A stretch of DNA of 64,000 nt from an uncultured Bacillota bacterium (GCA_963804645.1 CAWDRG010000009.1:1280001-1344000), one strand, 5' to 3'. Positions 18,570-28,552 are shown, counted from the first letter of the stretch. Numbers and translations: made by a program. The notes: generated by a model not told the origin, from the sequence alone.

Positions 18570-19688
18570 ATGGCGGAGGGACGCGACGCCGGGGTCGGAT
18601 TCCGACGCGTTGGATTTCTCGACCTGATGGGCGGCGGTCAGGTCACGGTCGACGGCAACTACGCGTACGTCGGACACATGGCGCCGCCCCTGGGGACGAG
18701 CATCCTGGACGTGTCCAATCCGGCGGATCCCCGGGTGGTGGCCCAGCTCACCGTGCCGGCCGATATCCATTCGCACAAGGTGCGCGTGATCGGCGACGTG
18801 ATGCTGGTGAACTATGAGCGGTTCCCGGAGGACGACCGGGCGCCGCGATCGGTCGGGCTCAAGCTCTATGACATCGCGGACCGGCGGCGGCCGCGCGAGA
18901 TCTCGTTTTTCCCCACGCAGAACCGCGGGGTCCACCGGTTTGATGTCCAGGGGACCCAGGTGTTCTTGTCGACCGGCTGGGAGGGCTTCCGCTCGAACAT
19001 CCTTGCGATCGTGGACGTCGCGCAGCCCACGAAGCCGACGCTCGTCGGTCGGTGGTGGTTTGAGGGGCTGCAGGGCGACGGGTTTGGACCGCCCGACTAC
19101 TGGGTCCACCTGGCGCTCGCGCGCGGGGACCGCGCGTACGTCGCCTGCGGAGTTGCGGGCGTCCGCATCGTCGATATTACCGATCGGTCCCGACCCGCCA
19201 CCGTGAGCGGCGTCCAGTGGAATCCCCCGTACACGCCCCCGACGCACACGTTCTTGCCGGTGCCGCACCTGATCCGGAACCGGCGGTTCGCCGTGGTGAC
19301 GGACGAGGACGTGATCGACAACGTGCTCGAGGATCCGCCGGCGTTTATGTGGATCCTCGACATCACGGACGAGACGCGCCCGGTGCCGGTCGCGACGTAC
19401 CAGGCGGATCCGGACGGCCTGGTCGTCCCCGGCAAGCGGTTTGGCGCGCACCAGCCGTGGGAGCATATTCGAGAGGACAACATCGTCTTCGTGACGTGGT
19501 TCAGCGGCGGGCTGCGGGCCGTCGATATCAGCGACCCCTACCGGCCCCGGGAGGTCGGCCGCTACATTCCTCCGGCGGTCCCGCCGCAGCCGGCGGTGCA
19601 GTCGAACGACGTCTTTGTCGATCCCCGCGGGCTGGTGTATGTGATCGACCGGTATCGCGGCCTGACGGTGCTCGAGTTTCGGCCGTGA
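18570..19688 (+). CDS. LVIVD repeat beta-propeller protein
   Basis: Repeats YAYVG..SILDVSNPADP, LYDIAD..PREI, IVDVAQPTKP, IVDITDRSRP, ILDITDETRP, AVDISDPYRPREVG. Confidence 0.88.
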   Translation: MAEGRDAGVGFRRVGFLDLMGGGQVTVDGNYAYVGHMAPPLGTSILDVSNPADPRVVAQLTVPADIHSHKVRVIGDVMLVNYERFPEDDRAPRSVGLKLYDIADRRRPREISFFPTQNRGVHRFDVQGTQVFLSTGWEGFRSNILAIVDVAQPTKPTLVGRWWFEGLQGDGFGPPDYWVHLALARGDRAYVACGVAGVRIVDITDRSRPATVSGVQWNPPYTPPTHTFLPVPHLIRNRRFAVVTDEDVIDNVLEDPPAFMWILDITDETRPVPVATYQADPDGLVVPGKRFGAHQPWEHIREDNIVFVTWFSGGLRAVDISDPYRPREVGRYIPPAVPPQPAVQSNDVFVDPRGLVYVIDRYRGLTVLEFRP

Positions 19689-19845
19689 GCGGCGGGGGCC
19701 GCCGAGGGATCGCACCGTGCCGGGGCGAACTCGATGGTATTCAGCCGCGGTGCACCGGCTCCGTGAACGTCGACCGCCCGGCCCCCACGTGTTCCTGCGG
19801 CCGGGCCGTCCGCGTGCCCGCGCGAATCATCTTGGGAGGTGAGTC

Positions 19846-20857
19846 GTGAAGCCGAAAGTATTTGTGGTGCAGCCGATTCCGGACGTCGCGCTTGACCTGA
19901 TGCGCGAAGTGGCGGACGTCGACGTCTTTCCGCGCCTGGACCGGCACTTGAGCGAGGACGAGTTGATCGCCGCTGCGAAGCGGACCGACTATCTGTTCGT
20001 TATGGGGGGCAACCTGATTACGGGTGACATCCTCCGTGCGAACCCAAACCTGAAGGGCGTGGTGCTGGTGCACCGCCGCATGGCCCAGAACCCGATCGAC
20101 CTCGATGTCGCGCGCGAGTGCAACATCAAGGTCGTATTCCCCGACCCGTGGGACCGGGTGTACCAGTACATCTGCCGGGCGACGTGCGACCTCGCGATGG
20201 CCATGATCCTGGATTTTGCCTACCGCGTCCTCGACGCGGATCGCTACACGCGCGCCGGGAAGTTCAAGCAGGAGCACACGATGGCGCTGATGGGGATCGG
20301 CTGCCACGGCAAGACGCTCGGGTCGGTGGGGCTGGGCCGCGTCGACCGAGTTCATGGTGCCGCGCGCGAAGGCCTTCGAGATGAACGTGATCTACACGAA
20401 GCGCACCCGGCTGCCGCTGGAACAGGAGCGGGCGCTCGGCGTGGAATGGGTGCCGGACAAGGACGAAGTCCTGCGGCGGAGCGACTTCGTGAGCGTGGGG
20501 GTCGACTACAATCCGAGCACGCACCTGATGTTCGGGGAGCGCGAGTTTGCGCTGATGAAGCCGACCGCGTACTTCATCAACATCGGACGGGGCCGGATCG
20601 TCGACGAGCCCGCGCTCGTGCGGGCGCTGCAGAAGGGCACGATCGCCGGCGCGGGGCTCGACGTCTACTGGAACGAGCCGCCGGTCACCCGCGAGCCCGC
20701 GCCCAGCGAGGAGTTTTTCAAGATGGACAACGTGATCTTGGCCCCGCACAACGGGGGCGCCACGTGGGAGGCCCGCGGCGAGCTGACCAAGGACGCGGCG
20801 CGCAATGTCGTCGCGCTGATCAAGGGCGACGAGCCCCGCGGGCTCGTCAAGTGGTAG
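19846..20857 (+). pseudogene. D-2-hydroxyacid dehydrogenase, frameshifted near 20345 (paralog of 14766-15785)
   Basis: Frame +1 runs to GLGRV (20343); homology continues in frame +2 (EFMVPRAKAF..INIGRG..DVYWNEP..APHNGG). One extra base; may be a sequencing error. Confidence 0.85.
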
Positions 20858-20977
20858 CGAAGCGTACCGCGGCGGCGGGCGCGGCACCCGACCTCGGGGG
20901 CCGCGTCCGCTGATCCGCCCGGCCCGCGTCGCGCGCGGGGCGGCCGTGCGCCGGGCGGGCCGGGTCGAAGGGATGCA

Positions 20978-21964
20978 ATGACGGCACGCGCGCGCGTCTA
21001 TCTGACCCAGCCGATCCCGGAGCGCCCGCTGCATCGTCTCCGCGAGCTCGCGGACGTTACGTCCAACCCCGATCCGCTGCACATCGCGACCGCCGAGGAG
21101 CTGGCCGCCGGCACCCGCGACGCGGACGTGCTGTTCTGCCTGCTGCACGACCGCGTGGACGGGTCGCTGCTGGCGCAGCGTCCGGGGCTGCGGCTCATCG
21201 CGTCGATGGCGATCATCCCCGCCAACATCGATGTCGCGGCGGCGACCGCGCGCGGCATCCCGGTGACGGTGATCCCGCCGCTCGTGACCGAGGCGACGGC
21301 CGACGTCACGATGGCGCTGCTGCTCGCGGTGGCGCGGCGCGTCGTCGAAGGGGACCGGCTGCTGCGGTCCGGCGTGTTTCCCGGCGGACAGTCCACGTAT
21401 CTCATCGGCGGGACCGTGCACGGGAAGACGCTCGGAATCGTCGGGTTCGGCGCGATCGGCCGCGCCGTTGCGGCGCGCGCACGCGGATTCGGGATGCGGG
21501 TGCTCTATATGAAGCGCACGCGCCTGCCCGCGGACGAGGAGCGCGCCCTCGGGCTCGAGTGGGCGGCGCTGCCGGATCTGCTGCGCGAGGCGGATTTTGT
21601 GTCGGTTCACGCCCTGCAGACGGCGGACACCCATCATCTGATCGGCGCGCCGGAGCTCCGCCAGATGAAGCGGACGGCGTACCTGCTCAATACCTCCCGG
21701 GGACCCCTGGTCGACGAAGCGGCGCTCGTGACCGCGCTGCGGGAGGGGTGGATCGCCGGAGCGGGACTCGACGTGTACGAGCACGAACCCCGCGTCTCGG
21801 CCGGCCTGTTGGGGCTCGCGAACGCGGTGCTGGTGCCGCACATCGGCAGCGCCGATCGCGAGACGCGGGATCGCATCGCGGGCGTCGTCGTGGACAACAT
21901 CGCCGCCTTCCTGCGCGGCGAGCGGCCGCCCAACGTGGTGAATCCGGAGGTCTACCGGCGGTGA
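20978..21964 (+). CDS. D-glycerate dehydrogenase / glyoxylate reductase family
   Basis: TEATAD, GKTLGIVGFGAIG, LNTSRG, LDVYEHEP, PHIGSA. Confidence 0.9.
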   Translation: MTARARVYLTQPIPERPLHRLRELADVTSNPDPLHIATAEELAAGTRDADVLFCLLHDRVDGSLLAQRPGLRLIASMAIIPANIDVAAATARGIPVTVIPPLVTEATADVTMALLLAVARRVVEGDRLLRSGVFPGGQSTYLIGGTVHGKTLGIVGFGAIGRAVAARARGFGMRVLYMKRTRLPADEERALGLEWAALPDLLREADFVSVHALQTADTHHLIGAPELRQMKRTAYLLNTSRGPLVDEAALVTALREGWIAGAGLDVYEHEPRVSAGLLGLANAVLVPHIGSADRETRDRIAGVVVDNIAAFLRGERPPNVVNPEVYRR

Positions 21965-22052
21965 CGCGCCGCGGCGATCGGATCGCGCGGAGGGCGCTGC
22001 GGCTGCGGCCCGGGGCCGGGCGATGCCCCATCATGACGGTGGAGGGCGGCGT

Positions 22053-23309
22053 ATGCCGGGGGATGGCGTGACGCGGACTGGGATGGGCGCGGAGTCGTGG
22101 TCGCGCGGCGCCGGGCTCGTCGATTTCGAGGCACGGGTCGACATGTCCCGGCTCCGGGCCGGGCGGTGGGCCCGCGCGCGAGCGGCGCTGGCCGACGCGA
22201 AGCTCGATGCGGTGCTGGTGTGGAAGGAAGAAAACGTCCGGTATCTCACGAGCCTGCGGCCGCAGGTGATCGCGGGCAAGAACGGGGTGCTGAACGGCGC
22301 GCTGTTCACCCGCGACGGTGTTGCGATTCTGTTCATCTCGGGCGGCGATCGCGATCGCGCCGAGGCGTCGATGCCCTGGGTCGCCGAGTTTCATACCGTG
22401 CCGATCCTGGAGGAGCCCGGGCTGGTGCGCCACGCGGCGACCGCGATCATCCCCGAGGTGCTGCGCCGGCACGGACTCGCCGGCGGTGCGGTGGGGATCG
22501 ACCTCGCGAGCAAGCTGCTCATGGATGCCCTCGGCGAGACGTGTCCGGGGGTTCGGTGGGTCGACGGCGACGCGGCGATGCAGGCGGCGCGTCGCGTGAA
22601 GAGCGCGGAGGAACTGGCGGTGCTCGAGGAGGCGACCGCCATCGCCGAGGCGGTGACCGCCACGGCCGTGGCCCACGTCGCGGCCGGCGTCCGCGAGTGT
22701 GAGGTGGCGGCGGAGGCGGTGCGGACCCTGTACCGCCTCGGCGGCGAATACCCGCATGTGACGACGCCGTTTGTGGCGAGCGGGGAACGGATGTCGCCGC
22801 CGACGCGCCTCGCGACCGACAAGTTGATTCGCGAAGGCGACCTCGTGTTCATCGACATCGGCGCGATGTGGAACGGGTATTTCGGCGACATCGGCCGGAC
22901 GGTCGTCTGCGGGACGCCGTCGGCCGAACAGTGCCGGATCTATCGCACCGTCTGGGAGGCCCTCCAAGCTGGGATTGACGCGATGCGCCCCGGGGTCACG
23001 AACGTTGCCGTGGCCGCCGCGATCCGGGGACGGGCCGAGCATCATGGGCTCGCGGAGCATTTTCTCAGCCTGTTCATCGGGCACGGGATCGGCTGCGGGT
23101 CGAACGAGCCGCCGTATGTCGGGGAAGACATTCCGGGAGCGGCGGCGGTCGTGCTCGAACCCGGCATGGTGTTTGCGCTGGAGCCGCTGATCTGGGTGCC
23201 CGGCGTGGCCGGCGGGGGCGGTGTTCGTCTCGAGGACATGGTCGTCGTGACCGGCGACGGGGCGCGGCGCATGTCCCGGAGTCCGTACTGCGAGGCGCTG
23301 CTGGCATGA
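22053..23309 (+). CDS. M24 family metallohydrolase (aminopeptidase P/creatinase fold), copy A
   Basis: Creatinase-like N-domain (ENVRYLT); metal ligands FIDIG, FGDIGRT, GHGIG, ALEP, RLED; ATG after GGAGG. Confidence 0.88.
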   Translation: MPGDGVTRTGMGAESWSRGAGLVDFEARVDMSRLRAGRWARARAALADAKLDAVLVWKEENVRYLTSLRPQVIAGKNGVLNGALFTRDGVAILFISGGDRDRAEASMPWVAEFHTVPILEEPGLVRHAATAIIPEVLRRHGLAGGAVGIDLASKLLMDALGETCPGVRWVDGDAAMQAARRVKSAEELAVLEEATAIAEAVTATAVAHVAAGVRECEVAAEAVRTLYRLGGEYPHVTTPFVASGERMSPPTRLATDKLIREGDLVFIDIGAMWNGYFGDIGRTVVCGTPSAEQCRIYRTVWEALQAGIDAMRPGVTNVAVAAAIRGRAEHHGLAEHFLSLFIGHGIGCGSNEPPYVGEDIPGAAAVVLEPGMVFALEPLIWVPGVAGGGGVRLEDMVVVTGDGARRMSRSPYCEALLA

Positions 23310-23382
23310 GCGCGGGCGTCGTCGCGGAAGAGCGCACGATCACAGCGGTGGGGACACATCTCAGAAGGGGAGGCGACAGGGC

Positions 23383-24639
23383 ATGAGTGAGCATCCGTTT
23401 CTCGCAGGGAAGCACGAGCTTCAGCCGCGCCGCGTCTACAGCACGTCCGGCACCGACTGGCAGGGGCGGGTGAACTTTGATCGCCTGCGGCGGGAGCGCC
23501 TGGCGCGTGCGCGGGAGATGATGGACAAGCACAATTTGGGCGCCCTCATTCTGTTTGTCGGCGAGAACGTGCGGTACGTGACGGGCGTGTACCAGGGCAA
23601 CTGGAAGAACAACATCTTCATTCGCTACGCGGTGCTGGTCCGCGGCAAGGACCCCGTCCTGTTTGAGACGGTCGGGAGCGACATGGTGTGCGCCCAGATC
23701 GATGCGCCGTGGCTGCACGAAGTGCGTCCCGCGATCACGTGGAAGTGGTCGGAGGGCGCGGAGCCCGAGATGGCGACCCGCATGGCGACCTCCATCGCGG
23801 ACGTGCTGCGCGAGGGCGGGGTCGAGAAGGAGAAGATCGGCATCGACATCATGGACATGGTCGCGTACCAGGCGCTGACGAAGCAGGGGCTGAACATCGT
23901 CAACGGCTGGCCGGCGATGTCTCAGGCGCGGGTGATCAAGACCCTCGACGAGCTGGAGTGCCACAAGATCGCCGCCGCCCACGGGGACGCGGCGATGTGG
24001 ATGGCCAAGCACGAATGGGCGAAGCCGGGCGTGCGCGAGGCGGAAGTGTGCGCCAAGGTCAACGAGTACCTGTACCGGAGCGGGTTCGACTTCGTCTACG
24101 ACATCATCGTCGCATCGGGCGGCAACACGAGCCCGTACCGCCGGTGGCACACCGACAAAATCATTCGGCAAGGCGACCTGATGATCATCGACATCAACGC
24201 GGTCGGCCCGGGCGGCTACTTCATCGACTTCGTGCGGTGCTGGAAAGTCGCCCAGCAGCCGACGCAAAAAGAGAAGGACCTCTACAAGGAGTGCTACGAC
24301 TCGCTCTACGCGGCGATCCACGCCATCAAGCCCGGGGCGACCAGCGCCGATGTCGCGAAGCACTTTCCCGTGTACGACGACGACAAGTACGGAAGCGTGT
24401 CGCTGCAGCAGTTCGCCCACAGCATCGGCCTGAGCCTGTACGAGGGGATGTGGATCTCGCGCGCGTACTCGCTGAAGTACCCGGCGGAGCTCAAGCCGAA
24501 CATGTATTTTGCGATCGAGACCTTTGCGGGCCATCCGGGTCTCGAGCAGACGGTGCGGCTCGAGGAGAACCTGGTGGTGACCGACAAGGGCTACGAGATT
24601 TTCACGCTGTGCGAGCACGCCGACGACATGCGGCAGTAG
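23383..24639 (+). CDS. M24 family metallohydrolase, copy B
   Basis: DWQGRVNFDRLRRERL, ENVRYVTG; ligands IIDIN, FIDFVR, AHSIG, AIET, RLEE. Confidence 0.88.
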   Translation: MSEHPFLAGKHELQPRRVYSTSGTDWQGRVNFDRLRRERLARAREMMDKHNLGALILFVGENVRYVTGVYQGNWKNNIFIRYAVLVRGKDPVLFETVGSDMVCAQIDAPWLHEVRPAITWKWSEGAEPEMATRMATSIADVLREGGVEKEKIGIDIMDMVAYQALTKQGLNIVNGWPAMSQARVIKTLDELECHKIAAAHGDAAMWMAKHEWAKPGVREAEVCAKVNEYLYRSGFDFVYDIIVASGGNTSPYRRWHTDKIIRQGDLMIIDINAVGPGGYFIDFVRCWKVAQQPTQKEKDLYKECYDSLYAAIHAIKPGATSADVAKHFPVYDDDKYGSVSLQQFAHSIGLSLYEGMWISRAYSLKYPAELKPNMYFAIETFAGHPGLEQTVRLEENLVVTDKGYEIFTLCEHADDMRQ

Positions 24640-24688
24640 TCGGGGGCACGGCGGGCGTGTGTGTCTAGGCTGAGCGCGGGGGTCCGGC

Positions 24689-25681
24689 ATGATCGTTGAC
24701 GTGCACAGTCATTTTTTCCCGGACCGGTTTCTCGCGGCGCTGGCGCGGGACGGCGCGGCGCACGGCGCGCACGTCGAGGACACCCCGTCGGGCAAGATCG
24801 TGTGGAGCAGCCCGAGACAGGCCTCGCCCATCGGGCCGGTGTTCTACGACGTGGCGGCCCGGCTCGACGCCGTGGACCGGTGGGGGATCGGGCTGCAGGC
24901 ACTGTCGCTGTCCCCGCCGATGCTGTACTGGGCGCCGGCCGCGCTCGGGCGGGACCTCGCGGCCGTGTTCAACGATGAGCTCGCGGCGATCGCGGCCGCC
25001 CACGCCGACCGGTTCGTCGCGCTCGCGACCCTCCCCCTCCAGGATATCGACGCCGCGGTGGCCGAAACCGCGCGCGCCGCTCGACTCGGGTGCCGGGGCA
25101 TCTACATCGGGACGAATGTGAACGGACGCTACCTGGACGATCCGGCGTTCGGGCCGCTGTGGGACGCCGCCGTCCGGCTGCGCCTGCCCGTGTTCACCCA
25201 CCCGCTGCACAACGCCGGCGAGGAGCGGATGACGGGATGGCACCTGCCCAATTCCGTGGGGAACCCCGGGGAAACGGCCCTGTGCGGGGCGCGGCTGATC
25301 ATGGCCGGCGTGCTGGATCGATTCCCCGATCTCGAGATCGTGCTCGCCCACGGCGGCGGCACGCTGCCGTTTCTGGCCGGACGGCTGGATCACGCCTACG
25401 CGGTGCGGCCGGAGGCCAAGACGGCGATTCCCGCGCCGCCGTCGGCCTACCTTCGGCGGCTGTACTTCGACACCATTACCTTCAACGACGAGGCGCTGCG
25501 GTTCTTGATCAAGACCGTCGGACCCGAGCGCGTCATGCTCGGGACCGACTACGCGTACGACATGGCCGATGCCGACGCGATCGCACGCGTCCGACGACTC
25601 GCTCTTGGCTCGAGCGACACCGAGGCGATTTGCGGCCGCACCGGAATGCGCGTGCTCGGTCGTGCGCCGACCGGACGCTGA
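24689..25681 (+). CDS. Amidohydrolase-2 family protein (ACMSD-like), copy 3, more divergent
   Basis: DVHSH, FTHP, LAHGGG, GRLD, YFDT, GTDY. Confidence 0.9.
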   Translation: MIVDVHSHFFPDRFLAALARDGAAHGAHVEDTPSGKIVWSSPRQASPIGPVFYDVAARLDAVDRWGIGLQALSLSPPMLYWAPAALGRDLAAVFNDELAAIAAAHADRFVALATLPLQDIDAAVAETARAARLGCRGIYIGTNVNGRYLDDPAFGPLWDAAVRLRLPVFTHPLHNAGEERMTGWHLPNSVGNPGETALCGARLIMAGVLDRFPDLEIVLAHGGGTLPFLAGRLDHAYAVRPEAKTAIPAPPSAYLRRLYFDTITFNDEALRFLIKTVGPERVMLGTDYAYDMADADAIARVRRLALGSSDTEAICGRTGMRVLGRAPTGR

Positions 25682-25712
25682 CACGACGCCGTGAGTCCCG
25701 GGGGGTAGCGTC

Positions 25713-26654
25713 ATGCGGGCCATGGTGATCGAGCGCTACGGCGCGCCGCTCGCGCCGCGCGACCTGCCGGTGCCCGTCCCCGGTCCCCACGAGGTGCTCG
25801 TACGGGTGCTCGGGTGCGGCGTGTGCCGCACCGACCTCAAGATCGTGTCCGGGGCGATGCCATTCTCACACGACGTCCCGCTGCCGCATGTGCCTGGTCA
25901 CGAGATTTCGGGCGAGATCGCAGCGCTCGGCGCCGGGGCCCGGGGCGCCGTCGGTGACCGGGTCGTGGTGTTCAACTACTGGTCCTGCGGGCGGTGCGTC
26001 CAGTGCCAGGCGGGCGAGGAGACCCTGTGCGAACACCTGCGCGGATGGGTCGGGTTCACGAGCCCGGGCGGATTTCAGGAGTTTCTTGCCGTTCCCGATG
26101 ACTGTGTCCTCCCGCTGCCGGCCACCGTCCGTCCCGAGCACGGGGGCCCCCTGTCGTGCGCGGTTGGCACGGCGTTCCACGCCACGGTGTCCCGGGGCGG
26201 GGTGCGCGCCGGCGAGACCGTCGCGGTCCTCGGCGCCGGCGGGGTCGGCCTGCACATCATCGAGGTGGCGCGGGCGGCCGGCGCCGGCACGTTCGCGGTG
26301 GACGTGCAGCCGCACCGCCTGGACGCGGCGCTGGTAGTCGGCGCCGATGCCGCGTTTCCGGCCGGTGCCGAGGCCGTCGCCGGCGTGAGACAGGCTACCG
26401 GCGGGCGCGGTGCCGACTTGGTGCTCGATACGGTCGGGCACGACGACTCGCTGCTGGCGGCGTCGCAACTCGTGCGAACGGGAGGCAGGATCGTGCTGGT
26501 GGGATACACCACCCGGGCGGAGGAGTATCCGCGCCTTCCCAGTCACGGGCCGGACGAGCCCGCGCGCGACGAGATCGAACGCGCGGCGCAGCTCCGCGCG
26601 CGTCACATAGCGCGATCCGATCACCGTCAGCTGCCCCAGCGCGACCCGCGCTCG
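25713..26654 (+). pseudogene. Zn-dependent alcohol dehydrogenase disrupted by an internal inversion and loss of the C-terminus
   Basis: GVCRTD, GHE, CGRCVQC..LC and GAGGVG intact up to about 26543. The expected next segment (RVALGQLTVIGSRYVTRAELRRAFDLVARGLVRPV) is on the minus strand at about 26544-26653. Confidence 0.8.
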
Positions 26655-26700
26655 GGCGCGGGACGATCGTGCGCACGGGCACGGGTCGGACTCGCCACGA

Positions 26701-28452
26701 CTAATGGGTTCCGTGCAGGAGGTTCTGTAATGCGGGCGGCAGTCCCGGGATGTTCGGCAATGACGGTCCCTGCGGCTGCGGCTGTCCAGATGTCTGCCCG
26801 CCTGTGAGCTGCGGCACTCCGGTCGCGGCGAACTTCGGGTTGCTGACCGTTCCTCCAATGGAGAACGATACGACGGCGGTGGTCGCGCCTGCGGCGCCCG
26901 GGACGATGCGGCTCAGCAGCGCGGCGGGCGACAGCGCGCCCCCCGACGTCAGGGAGACGATGCCGGTGCCCGCATAGTTCAGCGTGCCGTCGAACCCGAC
27001 GCTGCCGTGGGCCGTTCCCCGGATCGCGTTGGCATCGAGCCGCAGTGCGGTGCTGTACACGCGCTCCCGTGCGATGCGCACGTCTCCGCCGAGCGAGCGA
27101 AACGACGTGGTCCCTCCCGGGACCCCGACCTGCAGCGACTTGGCTATTTGCGCCAGCTGGCTCGGCATGCTGATCCCGGGCAGCGTCCCGTTGACCACGG
27201 CAAAGGTGCCCGTGCCCGCGAGTGCCGCGAGCGGGTCCGCGCCGAATGCGGTCGAGACGTCGAGATCGGCCTGCAGCGTGCCGGTCACGCCAGGGTTCTG
27301 AGGCGCGGCGGCACGCAGCAGGTCCGCCAGGTTGACGCCGCGCACCGCGGCGGTCGCCACCGCCGGGAGATTCGCTGCCGCGTAATCGACCCGCGCGCTC
27401 CCCCGCACGGTGCCGCCGTATGCGGACAGCTGGTAGGGGTCGGCGCGGACCGTGTCCGTGTAGATGGCGAGATGGCTGTGAATCTGCGTGACGGTGAACG
27501 GCGGGACGACGGCGCGGTTGATGGTGACCTCGCCGCGCGCGATCAGGCGCCGCGGTCCCGGCGGACCCGAGAGGGACGAGCCCGGCTGCGTGCTCAGGAG
27601 GCGCCGAACGGTAGTGAGGTCGAGCTCCGGGATCTCCGCGGCGAACGTGATCAACGGCGGGTTCATGCCGACGATGGCCGCGGTGCCCGAGGCACGAATC
27701 GTCCCGAGCGTGACGGCAAACGTGGCCGTGCTCCGTCCGTCCCGCAGCGCGATCTTACCCGACTGCACCACGATGGGCATCGTGACCAGCGGCGTGACGA
27801 TCCGTGCGTGTGTCAGGGTCGCGGTGACGGAGAGGTGGCCCATCCAATCCGGCGCGCTCGGATCGACGGCTCCGACCGTGGCGTTGAGACCGCTCAGCGT
27901 GACGACGGGCGCCGTGTGTGTGTGCCGCGCGTCGAGGGTGTCGACCGTGAGGGTCACATTGGTGATCGTAATCGCGCCGATGGGAGCGAGGCTGATGAGG
28001 GGCTGCGCCCCCGGTGCGGCGGCTGTGACCGGCGGGCTGGGATGCGGGAGCGCCGGCGCGCCGTAGTTCGTCCGGCCCGCTGGATCGTTCAACAGGGTGA
28101 CCTGGACTCCGCTGACCGCGATCGATCGGATTTGCAGCCGGCGCGCGAGCAGCGCCCGAGGCTCGATCCCGAGATCCACGGAGCGCGCCTCGAGCGCGTT
28201 GCCGCGCGGGAATCCTGTCGGATTCAGGAGGCGCACGTCCGACGCGTGGACGTGCACGCGCGGCCACAGCTCGAGCCGAAGCGATCCGATCTGGACCTGG
28301 TGTCCCGTGCTGGACGTCAGGTACTGCTCGAGCAGGGGCCGGTAGCGGTCGACCGGGACCAGAAACGGCGTGGCCGCGCCAGCCGCGACGACGAACACCA
28401 CGGCGCCCACCGCCCAAATCCACCAGCGTGTTCTGCCCCGTGTATTCCCCAT
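26701..28452 (-). CDS. AsmA family protein
   Basis: N-terminal TM, VDRYRPLLEQYLTSSTGHQVQIG, long beta-rich body, C-terminal FSIGGTVSNPKF. Alternative start at 28470. Confidence 0.85.
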   Translation of the reverse strand: MGNTRGRTRWWIWAVGAVVFVVAAGAATPFLVPVDRYRPLLEQYLTSSTGHQVQIGSLRLELWPRVHVHASDVRLLNPTGFPRGNALEARSVDLGIEPRALLARRLQIRSIAVSGVQVTLLNDPAGRTNYGAPALPHPSPPVTAAAPGAQPLISLAPIGAITITNVTLTVDTLDARHTHTAPVVTLSGLNATVGAVDPSAPDWMGHLSVTATLTHARIVTPLVTMPIVVQSGKIALRDGRSTATFAVTLGTIRASGTAAIVGMNPPLITFAAEIPELDLTTVRRLLSTQPGSSLSGPPGPRRLIARGEVTINRAVVPPFTVTQIHSHLAIYTDTVRADPYQLSAYGGTVRGSARVDYAAANLPAVATAAVRGVNLADLLRAAAPQNPGVTGTLQADLDVSTAFGADPLAALAGTGTFAVVNGTLPGISMPSQLAQIAKSLQVGVPGGTTSFRSLGGDVRIARERVYSTALRLDANAIRGTAHGSVGFDGTLNYAGTGIVSLTSGGALSPAALLSRIVPGAAGATTAVVSFSIGGTVSNPKFAATGVPQLTGGQTSGQPQPQGPSLPNIPGLPPALQNLLHGTH

Positions 28453-28552
28453 CGCTGCGCTGGCGTCCAATCACGGCGTGCCGCCGTGTGCGGACGTCCT
28501 TCTCACCGCTCCGGCATCAGTCGCATACGTCAATGATACCTGGAGCGGGCGG

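Noticed and set aside
20344..20913. C-terminal half of the listed 355-aa ORF 19846-20913
   Set aside because: Out-of-frame read-through after the frameshift; the real sequence continues in frame +2 to 20857.
26544..26807. C-terminal 88 aa of the listed 364-aa ADH ORF
   Set aside because: Non-homologous read-through across the inverted segment, overlapping the asmA-like gene.
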